From the IMG/VR virus record IMGVR_UViG_3300037045_000105, positions 1 to 45,387 of that record: a stretch of DNA of 45,387 nt; one strand, 5' to 3'. The position numbers and the translations under genes were made by a program. The notes under the pieces were generated by a model. The model had not been told where the DNA came from, searched no databases, and saw only the letters and a list, made by a program, of their open reading frames with translations. The DNA is from a virus. Taxonomy: Duplodnaviria > Caudoviricetes. The first letter of the stretch is position 1; each line of letters begins with the position of its first letter. This document shows positions 1 to 9,815 of the stretch, in pieces.

Positions 1-89
1 AAGTCTGGTAGCGGGCGCTTCAGCACCTCGGGGCGGCAGCCCGTGCCCCGCATTCCTGCGAGGCTACGGGCTAGCGTGGCGAAGCTCAC
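1..89 (-). CDS. 5' fragment of the next late gene (MSFATLARSLAGMRG...), truncated by the window edge
   Basis: GTG start overlaps the stop of the 86..649 gene (GTGA); frame open to the window edge. Confidence 0.4.
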   Translation of the reverse strand, partial: MSFATLARSLAGMRGTGCRPEVLKRPLPD

Positions 90-649
90 TGGGCGCACTC
101 CTTACGGACCCACTCACCCGAGAGCCATTGCACGGCCGCGACGGCTCCGAGCGCACACAGTCCCGATGCTCCCGTCGCGTAGGCGAGGGCTTTGCGTTCC
201 GTGGGCGACGGATCGACTTCCCATGCGAGGAACCCGGCTGTGGTCGATGCTCCGCCAGCGCAGACGGCACCCACCAGCGTCGACCAAAACTGCTTCGAGC
301 TGAGCGAATCGCAGAGGTCGGCGTCCCGCGTGGTTCGTACGCCGGCTACGGACTGAACACGCACAGAAGCCCGGGTTTCCTCGAGTGTGCCGGCGCAACC
401 GCTGAGGAATAGCGCGAGGAATACGATCGATGCTCCGGCGATCGGTGGCAGCTTGTCCTGGTTCTTTGGGCTTGGGGCTGTGGTTGCGCGAACCGTGAGC
501 ATGCCGATCTTGGTGAGCGCCTTCGTCAGTCTCCATTGCTGCGGTAGGGCCGTTGCGACGATTCCGCAGATTGCGGCAAGAACCGCGATGAGCGCGGCGG
601 CTTGGGTCAGGAGCAGCGTTAGCTTGTCTACGAGCACGAGGGATTCCAT
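86..649 (-). CDS. Multi-pass membrane protein with internal lipobox; holin/spanin-like lysis candidate
   Basis: Start at MESLVLV; N-terminal hydrophobic helix, IVFLALFLSGC lipobox, two further hydrophobic segments; follows tail genes. Confidence 0.55.
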   Translation of the reverse strand: MESLVLVDKLTLLLTQAAALIAVLAAICGIVATALPQQWRLTKALTKIGMLTVRATTAPSPKNQDKLPPIAGASIVFLALFLSGCAGTLEETRASVRVQSVAGVRTTRDADLCDSLSSKQFWSTLVGAVCAGGASTTAGFLAWEVDPSPTERKALAYATGASGLCALGAVAAVQWLSGEWVRKECAQ

Positions 650-663
650 TGTTGTTCGCTTTC

Positions 664-696
664 CGAGGCGCCCGCGACAACTCGCGAAGCGCCTCG
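664..696 (-). promoter_or_regulatory. Strong intergenic hairpin (CGAGGCGC..TCGCGA / TCGCG..GCGCCTCG) upstream of the lysis-like gene
   Basis: About 14-bp inverted repeat with 4-nt loop; no U-tract, so stabiliser/processing site rather than classic terminator. Confidence 0.5.
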
Positions 697-711
697 TTGC
701 TAGAGAGGGGG

Positions 712-1410
712 TTAGTCGACGATGATTGCCGTCGAGGTGGTAAGGGTTACGGTGTACGCGTTGCCAACGGTTGGACCATCGAGGACCATCATGATTCCGA
801 CGCCGGCGCCGCTGACTGTGATAGACGCTCCGCCCTGCGTTGCGGAGACGTTGAGCGTGTCTGTCGTGAGGTTGCCGGCGATCACGTAGTAGACGGTCCC
901 TTCGGTAATTCCCGTTGGGAGCGCCGCGGATCCGCTCTGGAAGAACACGACACGATCGTTCGCAACCGCGCCATGCCCGACGCAGGTGACCAGGTTGTTC
1001 GTAGTGACGGCGGTGAACGGTCGCGCCGTCGTGCCCGACTTCACCAAACATCCCATCTCGAGGATCATTCCGGCGCCGGATGCAGCGCGGCCGATCGAGA
1101 AGAAGGGGCAATACTGGTTGTTCCCGGTCGCGCTCGATGCAGGGAACGAGCGGTTAGCCGCGAGCGTCACACCGCCATCGGTGCCAGAGACGGTGAAGCC
1201 GGCCGACGTGCGCGGGATAGCAACACGCGCGTAGTTTCCATAACTGGCTTCGCTTGTCGCTTGGGTACCGGCGCGACCGGGCCACGCGGTGTGAAGTGCC
1301 GCGTAGAAGTTGGCGTCGGGGGTAGTGGTGTCGTTTATCGCCACCCCATCCCAATCCGTTGCGTTGTAGACTAGTCCGGCGTCTGCGATCTTGCGTGCGT
1401 TGCTTTTCAT
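712..1410 (-). CDS. Virion structural/tail-fibre-associated protein
   Basis: 232 aa beta-rich; ALHTAWPG...YGNYARVAI...FPAS phage structural motif plus a GHG..NDRV..LPTG..GTVYYV module. Confidence 0.65.
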   Translation of the reverse strand: MKSNARKIADAGLVYNATDWDGVAINDTTTPDANFYAALHTAWPGRAGTQATSEASYGNYARVAIPRTSAGFTVSGTDGGVTLAANRSFPASSATGNNQYCPFFSIGRAASGAGMILEMGCLVKSGTTARPFTAVTTNNLVTCVGHGAVANDRVVFFQSGSAALPTGITEGTVYYVIAGNLTTDTLNVSATQGGASITVSGAGVGIMMVLDGPTVGNAYTVTLTTSTAIIVD

Positions 1411-4400
1411 GGTGCTGGTGCCTCTGGTACGGGTGCTGGTGCGTCAACGAGTCCAACGGGACGGGCTCGCACCTCGATGTGAAGTGGCTCGAATAGGTCG
1501 ACGGAATAGGGGATCTCGCCGACCTGCTCCGTCACGCGCGCGTCGACAAGTGCTTCGCCAACGGTATCGCCGGCGGGATAGATCAGGCGGAAACGCCCGA
1601 CTGACTCGCGCAAGATCCGCACGTCGGTGTCCTGTGGACCGGCGTACGTCATCGCGTCTGTCGAGCCGTCCGGGAGTCGGATGGAGACAACGAGCCGCGT
1701 CGGGTCGTAGAGCACGCGCTCACCGGCTTGGAGTTCCCGCGCCGCGAAGGACACATCAATCGTCCCTCCAACGTAAACGAAGTCAGCCATCGAAGTCCTT
1801 TTTGCGTGAATCACGAACAGTCGCTCGATCGTCGCTTGCACCGCGAACAGCCGCGAGAACTGCGCGGCGATCGACGCTGGTATGTGAATGATGATCGGCG
1901 CAGTGCGCGCGCCGAGGAACGAGCGCCCCACGGACAGGCCGAGCGCTTCGAATGCGAGTGACGCTGCTCCAGCCAGGTAGGCGCCGCCTCCGGCGAACCC
2001 GCCCGCGAGAACCTCGACGGATTGCCCGCCAGTTGCGACGTCGTCGCTATCAGCGAGCCCTGTGCTGGCCTTCGTCGAGCTCGCTGCGCCGACGGCAGCC
2101 GACCCGCTCGAGACGAGCCCCAAGCCGTCGAACAGGGTGCCGGATGTCGCGGCGCCGCGGGCGATGGACACCCCGACGGTGAGGCCTCCCGCTTCGACAC
2201 TAGCGGCGCTGGACGCGCGCGCTGCGGCGGCAGTGACAGCGATACCGGCTGCCGTTGCGGCTGTTGCCGCGCCGCCTGCTGCGCTCGCAGCGGACGGGCC
2301 GCGCCCCTGAACGAGGACGACCGAGGATGCCCTACCGGCGAGCACTGAGGCCCCGTAGGTCGCTCCGAGCCCCGAGAACAGCGACCCGGAGGCGTAGGCG
2401 CCTCGCGCGGTCGAGAGCCCCACGGTGAGCCCGATTGTCTCAGCTCCAGACGCACTGGCTGCGCGCGAAGAACTGGCGCTTGCAGCCATGCCGCCCGCGG
2501 CCGCGACCGATGACGAGTTTCCCGCTGCGCCGCCAACGGACGGCGCCCGACCCTGGGTAAGTGCTCCGGAGGATGCGTCACCAACGAGCGCAGCGGCTCC
2601 GTAGGACGCCCCCTGACCGGTGAACAGTGAACCGGCACCGTAGGCGCCCATCGCGGAGCTGGCCGTCCCGGCGGCGCCTCTGGCCGCTACGGAGCCCGAC
2701 GTCACGCCTGGCACCCACGCCTGCCCCGCGGCGACGCCAGCGCCCTGGACCGTGATAGCGGCCCCTCCGACGAGGACGCTCACGGTGGAAGCGACACCAG
2801 CTCCGGTGAACTCCGACCCAGACTGCACGCGACCACTTGCTGCACTCCGAGACTCGGCGAGACCCGAGACGGACGATGCAAGGGACGCGGCTCCGAGCAG
2901 GTGAGCCGCGTTCGCAGCTGTCCCCGCAACGACAGCGCTCGATTGGTACGCCGGGAGCACGAACCCTCGCGACTGCGTGAGCCCGACCACGCCCACGGAC
3001 GCCGCGAACGCCGCTGGCGCGCCGCTCGAGCTCCGGGCGACGCCCGCGACCGCCGACGCCACCGAAGGCCGAGCGGGGGCCGCATTCGAGCTCGCTACCG
3101 CTCCGGCGAGAAGGAGCCCCGACGACGCGCGACCGGATCCTGCCGACTCGGAGACGAGCGTCCCAACGACGTCGATGGTCTGCGCCTTCGCCGCGGCGGC
3201 GCTGCTTCTCGACGTCGCCATCGCGGCAAGCGCAGCGACGATGCTAGAGGACGTTGCCGCGAAGCCTCCGCCGAAGCCGAGGCCAGCGCAGGTGAAGGTT
3301 GTGCCGCCAGCGGAAAGCGTTGGCCCCGCCAGTCCGCGAAAAGCGTCGTCGCGAAAAACGAACAGGTCGCGCCCGGTATTGCCGGAGAGGTCAGCTAGCG
3401 ACCCATCCGCGAGTCCCCAATGTGCCCACGCCGTAGTGTCGGGTGAGTGCGTCGCAGCCAGGGCCGCAATCTGTTCGAGTGACAGCGCGGTCAGATGGAC
3501 GCGCAGGTCGCGCATTGAGTAGCCCACCGTCGCAGAGTTGCCGACGTTCAGGCGAACGTAATAGTCGCCCGAGAATACCTCGGGGATCTGAAACGATGCG
3601 GTGCCGAGCAGCGTGAGCGTGCCGCCTTCACCGGTCGCACCGTAGGTGCGCACCGTCGTGTTGCCGCCGGATACAGTGAAGGTCCAATGGCGGTACATCC
3701 AAACAGTGGCGCCAGCGCGACTGCCACAGTCGACGTAGTAGGCGTTGGAATCGCCGTTCAGGCTCGACATCAGGTTGGTGTCAAACCGTGCCGGCGTGGT
3801 GTCGACGAGCTGCGTAACGAAGATTAGGACGCTCGTTGAGCCGTCGGCCGTTGTGATTGCTACGTTGTAAGCGTTGATCTCCGCGTCCGGCAGCCTGAAG
3901 TAGCCACCGAGAGACCAGTTCGTCGAGGCCGTCAGCGGGATCGCGACGTCGCACCGGACCGACCCTTCGATCGCGGTATCGCTTACCCGATCACCGAAGT
4001 GCGTCGAGTAGTCGGCGTTCGGCGTGCCGATGCCCGTCGAAAGCTCCTTACTGCCGCTCTGGAAGCCGGAAACTGTCGCATTGTATCCGCCCACCGTGTC
4101 GGTCAATGACCCATTGGTCAGCGGCCACCATGAGCGCCCCGGCACGAGCTGTGTCGTGGCAGCGCTCTGCGCGAGTAGCTGCGCCTCAGTGAGCGCACCG
4201 ACGTAGCAACCCCAATACTGATACTCGAGACCAGCCTCGCCGAGCTCGAAGTATGTCGATGTGCCACTGAGCGGGTTCGCGGTCAGGTCCCGAGTGTGCT
4301 TGCCGAGTGTGAACTGGTCGGCGCGGCGCCAGTAGAACGTTACGGTATTGGCCGAGAAAACAGCAGCAATGAACACCTCGCCGCCGCGCTCGTACAGGAT

Positions 4401-5375
4401 CTTCGACGCGCCGTTGGCCTCGTTCGACCAGAGAAGCCAGGCGAGATACGGGTTGTCCCAGACGAGTCGCAACTCATCGTTGCTCGTCGCGAACATCCGC
4501 CCCGGGCTATTCGTCGGGTGCGCCGTGGGGATCCAAACCTTGCCGTAGATAGTGAGCGATCCGCCGCCCAACGTCGGCACGGGAAGCCGCAGGTACTCGT
4601 ACTCCGTGAGCCCATCCGCTGCGATGCCGGGGTTCGTGATCGCTACGGGATTCAACTCCCGAACCCGCACGAATACAGCAGGACCGCGCGCATTTGTTGT
4701 CGTCCCGCCAGTCGTCGCGGCGAACACGGGCGCTGCACTGCTCGTGCCCGCTGTGACCGTGGCGCGGCAGAGCACGCCGCCGATGTCGTTACCGTTTGCG
4801 CTTGGTGTCTCGACGATCTCCGTAACCGCGCTGAATGTGACGCCGGTCTGTGAGAGCCCCGGCGAGCTGAAGTTCGCGGCGTCCGAGGCGCAGACGAAGA
4901 ACGCGAAAACGTGATCGTTGGCTGCGACGCCTGGATCGGCCCCGAACGTCACCGATACGTTTCCGCCGGCCGTGTCCGAACCGGTGGTGGCCGCGAACGA
5001 GTACTCGCCACTGCCGCTCGCCACGCGGACCATCGTCGCGGAGCACACGCTGTTCGTCGCGACGGTGACGTCCATCGTGTCCGAGTGCAGCCACCCCTCG
5101 GTTCCGTCGATGACGCGGCGATAGACGAAGATGTTGGTATTGCCAGTGTCGGCGCCCAACGTCGTCCCGTACCCTCCTGCTCCAGTGATCGAGTCGATCA
5201 GCGTGAAACCGTCCGGAGTGGTGACCGTGCCGCCGTTTGCACTCGAAGGTTTTTGCCCAACGAACACGAGCACGACGTTACCGATCGAAAGCGAGCGCGA
5301 CACAACGCACGCGACGTTGGTGCCGTTCGTTGCTGAGAATGCCGGTGGTGAATTCGAACGGTAAAGGAGGGCCAT
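1407..5375 (-). CDS. Large tail fibre/adhesin: N-terminal beta domain, two LamG/ConA-like domains, long Ala/Gly/Ser repeat stalk, C-terminal Ig-like domain
   Basis: 1322 aa; two segments ending ALT/LS.AQ/EQ....WW/HW.L..GSL.D (LamG-like); low-complexity AGS repeats; position among tail genes. Confidence 0.7.
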   Translation of the reverse strand: MALLYRSNSPPAFSATNGTNVACVVSRSLSIGNVVLVFVGQKPSSANGGTVTTPDGFTLIDSITGAGGYGTTLGADTGNTNIFVYRRVIDGTEGWLHSDTMDVTVATNSVCSATMVRVASGSGEYSFAATTGSDTAGGNVSVTFGADPGVAANDHVFAFFVCASDAANFSSPGLSQTGVTFSAVTEIVETPSANGNDIGGVLCRATVTAGTSSAAPVFAATTGGTTTNARGPAVFVRVRELNPVAITNPGIAADGLTEYEYLRLPVPTLGGGSLTIYGKVWIPTAHPTNSPGRMFATSNDELRLVWDNPYLAWLLWSNEANGASKILYERGGEVFIAAVFSANTVTFYWRRADQFTLGKHTRDLTANPLSGTSTYFELGEAGLEYQYWGCYVGALTEAQLLAQSAATTQLVPGRSWWPLTNGSLTDTVGGYNATVSGFQSGSKELSTGIGTPNADYSTHFGDRVSDTAIEGSVRCDVAIPLTASTNWSLGGYFRLPDAEINAYNVAITTADGSTSVLIFVTQLVDTTPARFDTNLMSSLNGDSNAYYVDCGSRAGATVWMYRHWTFTVSGGNTTVRTYGATGEGGTLTLLGTASFQIPEVFSGDYYVRLNVGNSATVGYSMRDLRVHLTALSLEQIAALAATHSPDTTAWAHWGLADGSLADLSGNTGRDLFVFRDDAFRGLAGPTLSAGGTTFTCAGLGFGGGFAATSSSIVAALAAMATSRSSAAAAKAQTIDVVGTLVSESAGSGRASSGLLLAGAVASSNAAPARPSVASAVAGVARSSSGAPAAFAASVGVVGLTQSRGFVLPAYQSSAVVAGTAANAAHLLGAASLASSVSGLAESRSAASGRVQSGSEFTGAGVASTVSVLVGGAAITVQGAGVAAGQAWVPGVTSGSVAARGAAGTASSAMGAYGAGSLFTGQGASYGAAALVGDASSGALTQGRAPSVGGAAGNSSSVAAAGGMAASASSSRAASASGAETIGLTVGLSTARGAYASGSLFSGLGATYGASVLAGRASSVVLVQGRGPSAASAAGGAATAATAAGIAVTAAAARASSAASVEAGGLTVGVSIARGAATSGTLFDGLGLVSSGSAAVGAASSTKASTGLADSDDVATGGQSVEVLAGGFAGGGAYLAGAASLAFEALGLSVGRSFLGARTAPIIIHIPASIAAQFSRLFAVQATIERLFVIHAKRTSMADFVYVGGTIDVSFAARELQAGERVLYDPTRLVVSIRLPDGSTDAMTYAGPQDTDVRILRESVGRFRLIYPAGDTVGEALVDARVTEQVGEIPYSVDLFEPLHIEVRARPVGLVDAPAPVPEAPAP

Positions 5376-5380
5376 GTGTC

Positions 5381-8017
5381 TTAGATCGCGACGGCGGCCA
5401 TTCGGTTGTAGACGCGCGTGTCGCCGCCTTCACCGAGCACGCCGTAAGCGAGCCCCGACGAAGCCGCGTTGACGGTGACGGTGCCGTATCCGTACTCCTG
5501 GCCATCGCAGATGATGGCGCAGCGGGTCCCGACCATCGACAGCTCTAGCGTATGCACCTGGTTGAGGGCCCACGACGCAGGGAATCCGTTCGTCACAGTG
5601 ATAGTGACATTGCCAGTGTTCCAGCCGCTCGAGTTGCCGAGCGTCGGTGTCGTGCGATCGGTGAAGAGTAGGCGCACACCAGTACCGTTTGCGGAATTGA
5701 TGCGCCCAGCGATCCCGAAGAATCCAGCCGCGATGGTCGAGTCCGGTACCTCCGTTTCGATGCGCACGTTGGCGGGCAGTGCATTGCCGGCGTTGCCGAA
5801 GATGCCGTACCCGCCCGCAGTCATCACAAGCGCGTTGCTCGTGATGATAGCCGTGGCGTTGTTGAGCATCGACGTCCAGCCGTTTCCGACTGCGCCATCT
5901 GCCCGCGTGAACTCGTCAACGTTCACACCAGCAAGCACCACGTCTTCTATCGTGACATCCCACCCGCGTGCAATTAGCGCGTCCGCGTTGATCTGCCCGC
6001 CTGGGCTCGGCCCTGAGCAACCAGCGAGGTTCAGTGTGCCGTTCGTGGTCGGGAAGGAAGCCAGGGTACCGAGCACGTAATCCACCAGCGCTGTGGATAG
6101 GTTGCAGCCGTGCAGGTCCAGGTACTGGATTCCTTGGCATCCGGTGAGATCGATGGCAGCGAAAGGGTTCGAATGAACCGCTAGGTACCCGTTGCGTCCT
6201 GTCGGGATCTGGTTTGCGAGATCGAGCGCGTCGAATAGGCTCGACCACCCATCGATGTAGCGCGTGTATGGACTCCGTGGGCGAAGTGGCCCCGCAAGGC
6301 CCTGGTTATCGAAGATGCTCAACTCTTCGACGTTCGGCATTCGGGAGTAAAACGCATCACCGCTAATCTGCGTCCCATTCTCGTTGCGCACGATGAAGAT
6401 CTGAGATCGTGTGCAAAAGTGGTAGAGCGTCGGCATGTGGCCCATGAAGAGCTCGAGCGCCCCGCCCTCCATGTCCGCAGCTCGAAGGTCGTAGAGGTTA
6501 GCGGCTACCGGTCGAATATCGAGCCGCGACAGGTTGCACTGCTCGACGCAGAGCCGCCGAAGCGCGGTGCACCCGTCGAGCCTGATGTCTGTGAGCGCAG
6601 ACTGGAAGCACTCAATCCAGCGCAACTGGTCGAAGCCCGTAAAGTCGAGTGTACCAGCGAGCGGGCAATGTGCGGACAAGAAGCCCACTAGCGAGCTCAT
6701 GCGCCCAGGATTGCCCATTGCGACAAGGTTTTGGTTGGGGTGGTTGTACGTGATCGGCAAGGCTTCGCGCCCTCGATCATCCTGCTGATCGAATCCGTTA
6801 TTGAAGAACCTCGCTCCGCTCCACGGAGTGACAACGAGCGTGTGCTGGCGAATCCCCGGTGACCCGAAGTCGACCATCGGCTCGAGACTCGTCGAAGTCG
6901 AACCGTCCGAGAACGTCCACAGCACGGTAGTGCCTGGCGCCACCTCAAGCCGCGGATTGTATGTTGCGCCGGCAGTCGTAAGCGGAAGATACGGAGGGAG
7001 CGACGAAACGCGCACCGGACCCGCCACCGTTGGCGATCCACCCGGCGTGGCGTCGTACGCTCGCGCGTAAATGCGGTAATTGTTGGCCTCGGTGGTGGAG
7101 ATCGAAGCCCTCCAAGTCGAGCCAGATTCCCAGACAGCGTTAGCAACCCCGACGGTGAACGCGGCATTTAGCGCAACCTGTACCGTGAAGTCTGAAGGGT
7201 CCGCGCTCGGATGGGTAACCGTAAGCTCGATGGCGATTGTCCCGATCTCGATATCGGTCTCGTCCACTGGAGAAACGATTGTGACGACAGGTGATTGATT
7301 CGCGACGAACGCGACCACACCTGTCGAGCGGTAGGTGATTCCACCCACAACGAACCGCGCCGCGAAGGTGTGGCTCCCGATCGCGATGTCGTTCAGTACC
7401 GCCGATCCAGTCTCTCCAACGATCGTTGCCGCGGCAAGATCTGCCTGGTCGACCGAGATTGTTGCAACGCTCCCAGCGGGCGGGGCCGGAATGACGCGAA
7501 CCCCGACCGTGACAGGCCCAACGTCACGCGAACTGCCGGCCACGGGAGACGTGACGAAGACGGTGTACTCGGAGCCTGTTGGAACCGTGCCTCCGGTACC
7601 GTCAGTTCCGCCACCGGACGCTGCAAGGACCAACACCCCACCAGACACGGTGGACCCCGACGGCGCCACCAGCTCATTCACGGCGTAGGTTACCCCTCCT
7701 ACGTTCGCCATGAGGCTCGCCCCGACTCGCTCCCATCTGCCGACGGAGACGCCATCGATTGCAATCACGTCGGGGCTGCTGGTGCCAGGATCCGCTGCGG
7801 TGCTCGCCGGGTTCCAGCGGTAGTAACCAGGCCCAGGAATGAAGATGACGTCCGCCGTCAGCTCCGCGCTGGCGTTGAGGCGCACCGTTGCGACATCCGG
7901 AACGAACGCGAGGCGGTCCGCCTGCCACTTCGCACCACGGAATGCGGCAGTGAAGACGCGAGGAGTCGATGGCGGACGAGGACCCGCCGAGGTGATCATT
8001 CCGTCGTTGTTGGACAT
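5381..8017 (-). CDS. Tail fibre/receptor-binding protein with Ig-like domains, leucine-rich repeats and C-terminal lectin-like domain
   Basis: 878 aa; VTIVSP...Y.I.ARA.D Ig-like motifs; LxxLxLxxCxL LRR units; C-terminal DEFTRADG..GNGW beta-sandwich. Confidence 0.7.
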   Translation of the reverse strand: MSNNDGMITSAGPRPPSTPRVFTAAFRGAKWQADRLAFVPDVATVRLNASAELTADVIFIPGPGYYRWNPASTAADPGTSSPDVIAIDGVSVGRWERVGASLMANVGGVTYAVNELVAPSGSTVSGGVLVLAASGGGTDGTGGTVPTGSEYTVFVTSPVAGSSRDVGPVTVGVRVIPAPPAGSVATISVDQADLAAATIVGETGSAVLNDIAIGSHTFAARFVVGGITYRSTGVVAFVANQSPVVTIVSPVDETDIEIGTIAIELTVTHPSADPSDFTVQVALNAAFTVGVANAVWESGSTWRASISTTEANNYRIYARAYDATPGGSPTVAGPVRVSSLPPYLPLTTAGATYNPRLEVAPGTTVLWTFSDGSTSTSLEPMVDFGSPGIRQHTLVVTPWSGARFFNNGFDQQDDRGREALPITYNHPNQNLVAMGNPGRMSSLVGFLSAHCPLAGTLDFTGFDQLRWIECFQSALTDIRLDGCTALRRLCVEQCNLSRLDIRPVAANLYDLRAADMEGGALELFMGHMPTLYHFCTRSQIFIVRNENGTQISGDAFYSRMPNVEELSIFDNQGLAGPLRPRSPYTRYIDGWSSLFDALDLANQIPTGRNGYLAVHSNPFAAIDLTGCQGIQYLDLHGCNLSTALVDYVLGTLASFPTTNGTLNLAGCSGPSPGGQINADALIARGWDVTIEDVVLAGVNVDEFTRADGAVGNGWTSMLNNATAIITSNALVMTAGGYGIFGNAGNALPANVRIETEVPDSTIAAGFFGIAGRINSANGTGVRLLFTDRTTPTLGNSSGWNTGNVTITVTNGFPASWALNQVHTLELSMVGTRCAIICDGQEYGYGTVTVNAASSGLAYGVLGEGGDTRVYNRMAAVAI

Positions 8018-8025
8018 CGGTTTCC

Positions 8026-9186
8026 TTAGACGTTGTGGACCGTGACGTTGGCCTCGACGCGATAGCGGTAGCTATCCCCGCCAGCGGCGCTCCTGAGACA
8101 CTCTACCGTGAAGTCGTTGTTCGTGCGCACGATACGAAGTCGCGCGTCAACTTCCGTTTCGGCGCCTTCGACGAACGTGATTTCTGTCCCAGAAGTCGGA
8201 ATGCACGGATCAAATCCACCGCTCCAATCCCTGCCTACGTACACTGAGCGCAGTGTCCACTCACGCAAGAAGCCGCCTTGTGTGTCGTTGTACCGCACCG
8301 CGTAGACATCGAAGACCCGGACGTGATTGGCTTGATCGGGCCCAGTCCACGTAATCAGCGGGACCCACTCCTGAGCGCCACTGGCCGCGACTAGGCGATT
8401 CGCCGCGTATCGGGGCCCCCCGTCGCACACCCACGTAAGCGCGTTGACGTCTTCGTGGCGCTGTGCACGGAATAGCCGCCCGCCGTACACGCGTCCGCCG
8501 GACGAGACGGGGATTAGATGGCCATCCGCAATCGTCTCGGTAGCGACTTGATAGAGTCGCGTCCCTCCCAATACGCGCCAAATCGTATACCGGGTTCCTG
8601 ACACTGGGTCGGTACCGTCGGGAATCAGGAAGCGAGCGGAACTACCGGCGGCCGCAACATCGATTCCGTCTGCCTGCTCGTCCGTCGGCATGAGCCGCCC
8701 GTAGGACACGGCCGGCGCTGGCTGCTCAAGCAGCACCGCGGCAACCGGATCGTGCATGATCGCACCAACGGACGAAGTGACTGTCAAGAATCCGGTTGCA
8801 GGATCCCAACTGCATTGAAATCCTGTGCCGAAGTCAAGGCGCGATGGGGTTTGCTCGCTCACGCCGCCGCCGTAGGTGCGTAGCGCGGCTGGGACAGCGA
8901 TAGCACCGATCCCGGGAGCAACTTCGGTCGGAACGGCACCGCCAGTGAACTGGATCTGTGTGACTCCTTGGGCCAGGACAGTTCCCATAGCGTCAGCGAG
9001 ATCAATCGCACCAACCCCACCAGTCCCACCGGACGCAGTGATGCGCAGCGTCCTGGTACTGGTGTTGAACTCACCGACTACGCCGTCAGCGAGGACGACC
9101 GAGCGCGCGTGCTGAGGGGTTGCCCCGACTCCGTTGCCGGTGACGAGAAAGCCGAGAAGATCCCGAAGAAAAGCAGAGATGCTCAT
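8026..9186 (-). CDS. Tail fibre/adaptor protein
   Basis: Start MSISAFL overlaps upstream stop (ATGA); three short repeated beta modules at N-terminus; tail-distal position. Confidence 0.6.
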   Translation of the reverse strand: MSISAFLRDLLGFLVTGNGVGATPQHARSVVLADGVVGEFNTSTRTLRITASGGTGGVGAIDLADAMGTVLAQGVTQIQFTGGAVPTEVAPGIGAIAVPAALRTYGGGVSEQTPSRLDFGTGFQCSWDPATGFLTVTSSVGAIMHDPVAAVLLEQPAPAVSYGRLMPTDEQADGIDVAAAGSSARFLIPDGTDPVSGTRYTIWRVLGGTRLYQVATETIADGHLIPVSSGGRVYGGRLFRAQRHEDVNALTWVCDGGPRYAANRLVAASGAQEWVPLITWTGPDQANHVRVFDVYAVRYNDTQGGFLREWTLRSVYVGRDWSGGFDPCIPTSGTEITFVEGAETEVDARLRIVRTNNDFTVECLRSAAGGDSYRYRVEANVTVHNV

Positions 9187-9815
9187 GGGCCCACCGTGAT
9201 GTAACAACCGACGACAGAGAGCCCAGCGATGTGGTTCGCGCCGACTTCTCCCTCGAGAGAGAGGGCCCAGCGATAGAGTGTCGACTTGTCGACGGTGATA
9301 GTATCGACGAACCTACCTACGACGTGAGGCGCCTCATACTCGGTGAGGTCCGTGCTCGGGTCGGCAACCAGCGAAAGCGTAGTCCAGGCTGCACCGGGTG
9401 AGTCCATGATACTGCGGCGCATGAGCGTCAGCACCGGCATCGTTGGCATTGCGACATGGCTACCGGCAGGGTCAATCGCAACTGCGAAACCGGTGATCGT
9501 GCAGATGTGCGGCAGTAGTGGGGTGATATCAAAGAGCAGTGCGTTAGTTGCGTTCGATGATTGCGCCCAGTACTCGAGGCCTTGGGCACTAACGGTCCGT
9601 GTCCAGACTGGGCTCGCCGCCGTGTAGCCCCTCCCAAGATCAACGTCGCGTCGGTGTTCATCAGCGGCACCCGGTGTGCGCACCCGGTGCCATTCGATGT
9701 TGTTCGCGATCGGCTGCACCGTCGTGGCGATGAAGTCACCCGACTCGCCGTGTTCTGTGTTGGATGGGGAGCGGATCTCGCTCCGCTCTGCGACGCCAGT
9801 AATTAGTTCACTCAT
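9183..9815 (-). CDS. Baseplate-proximal tail fibre protein
   Basis: Start MSELITG overlaps stop of the gpI-like gene; usual position after baseplate J/I. Confidence 0.55.
   Translation of the reverse strand: MSELITGVAERSEIRSPSNTEHGESGDFIATTVQPIANNIEWHRVRTPGAADEHRRDVDLGRGYTAASPVWTRTVSAQGLEYWAQSSNATNALLFDITPLLPHICTITGFAVAIDPAGSHVAMPTMPVLTLMRRSIMDSPGAAWTTLSLVADPSTDLTEYEAPHVVGRFVDTITVDKSTLYRWALSLEGEVGANHIAGLSVVGCYITVGP

Noticed and set aside
650-1111. Long N-terminal extension of ORF 86..1111
   Set aside because: Overlaps the 712..1410 gene and an intergenic hairpin; ATG at 649 is the plausible start
1407-9815. Diversity-generating retroelement or invertible fibre cassette
   Set aside because: No reverse transcriptase or invertase seen and no adenine-variant repeat pair noticed by eye; the missing part of the genome cannot be excluded
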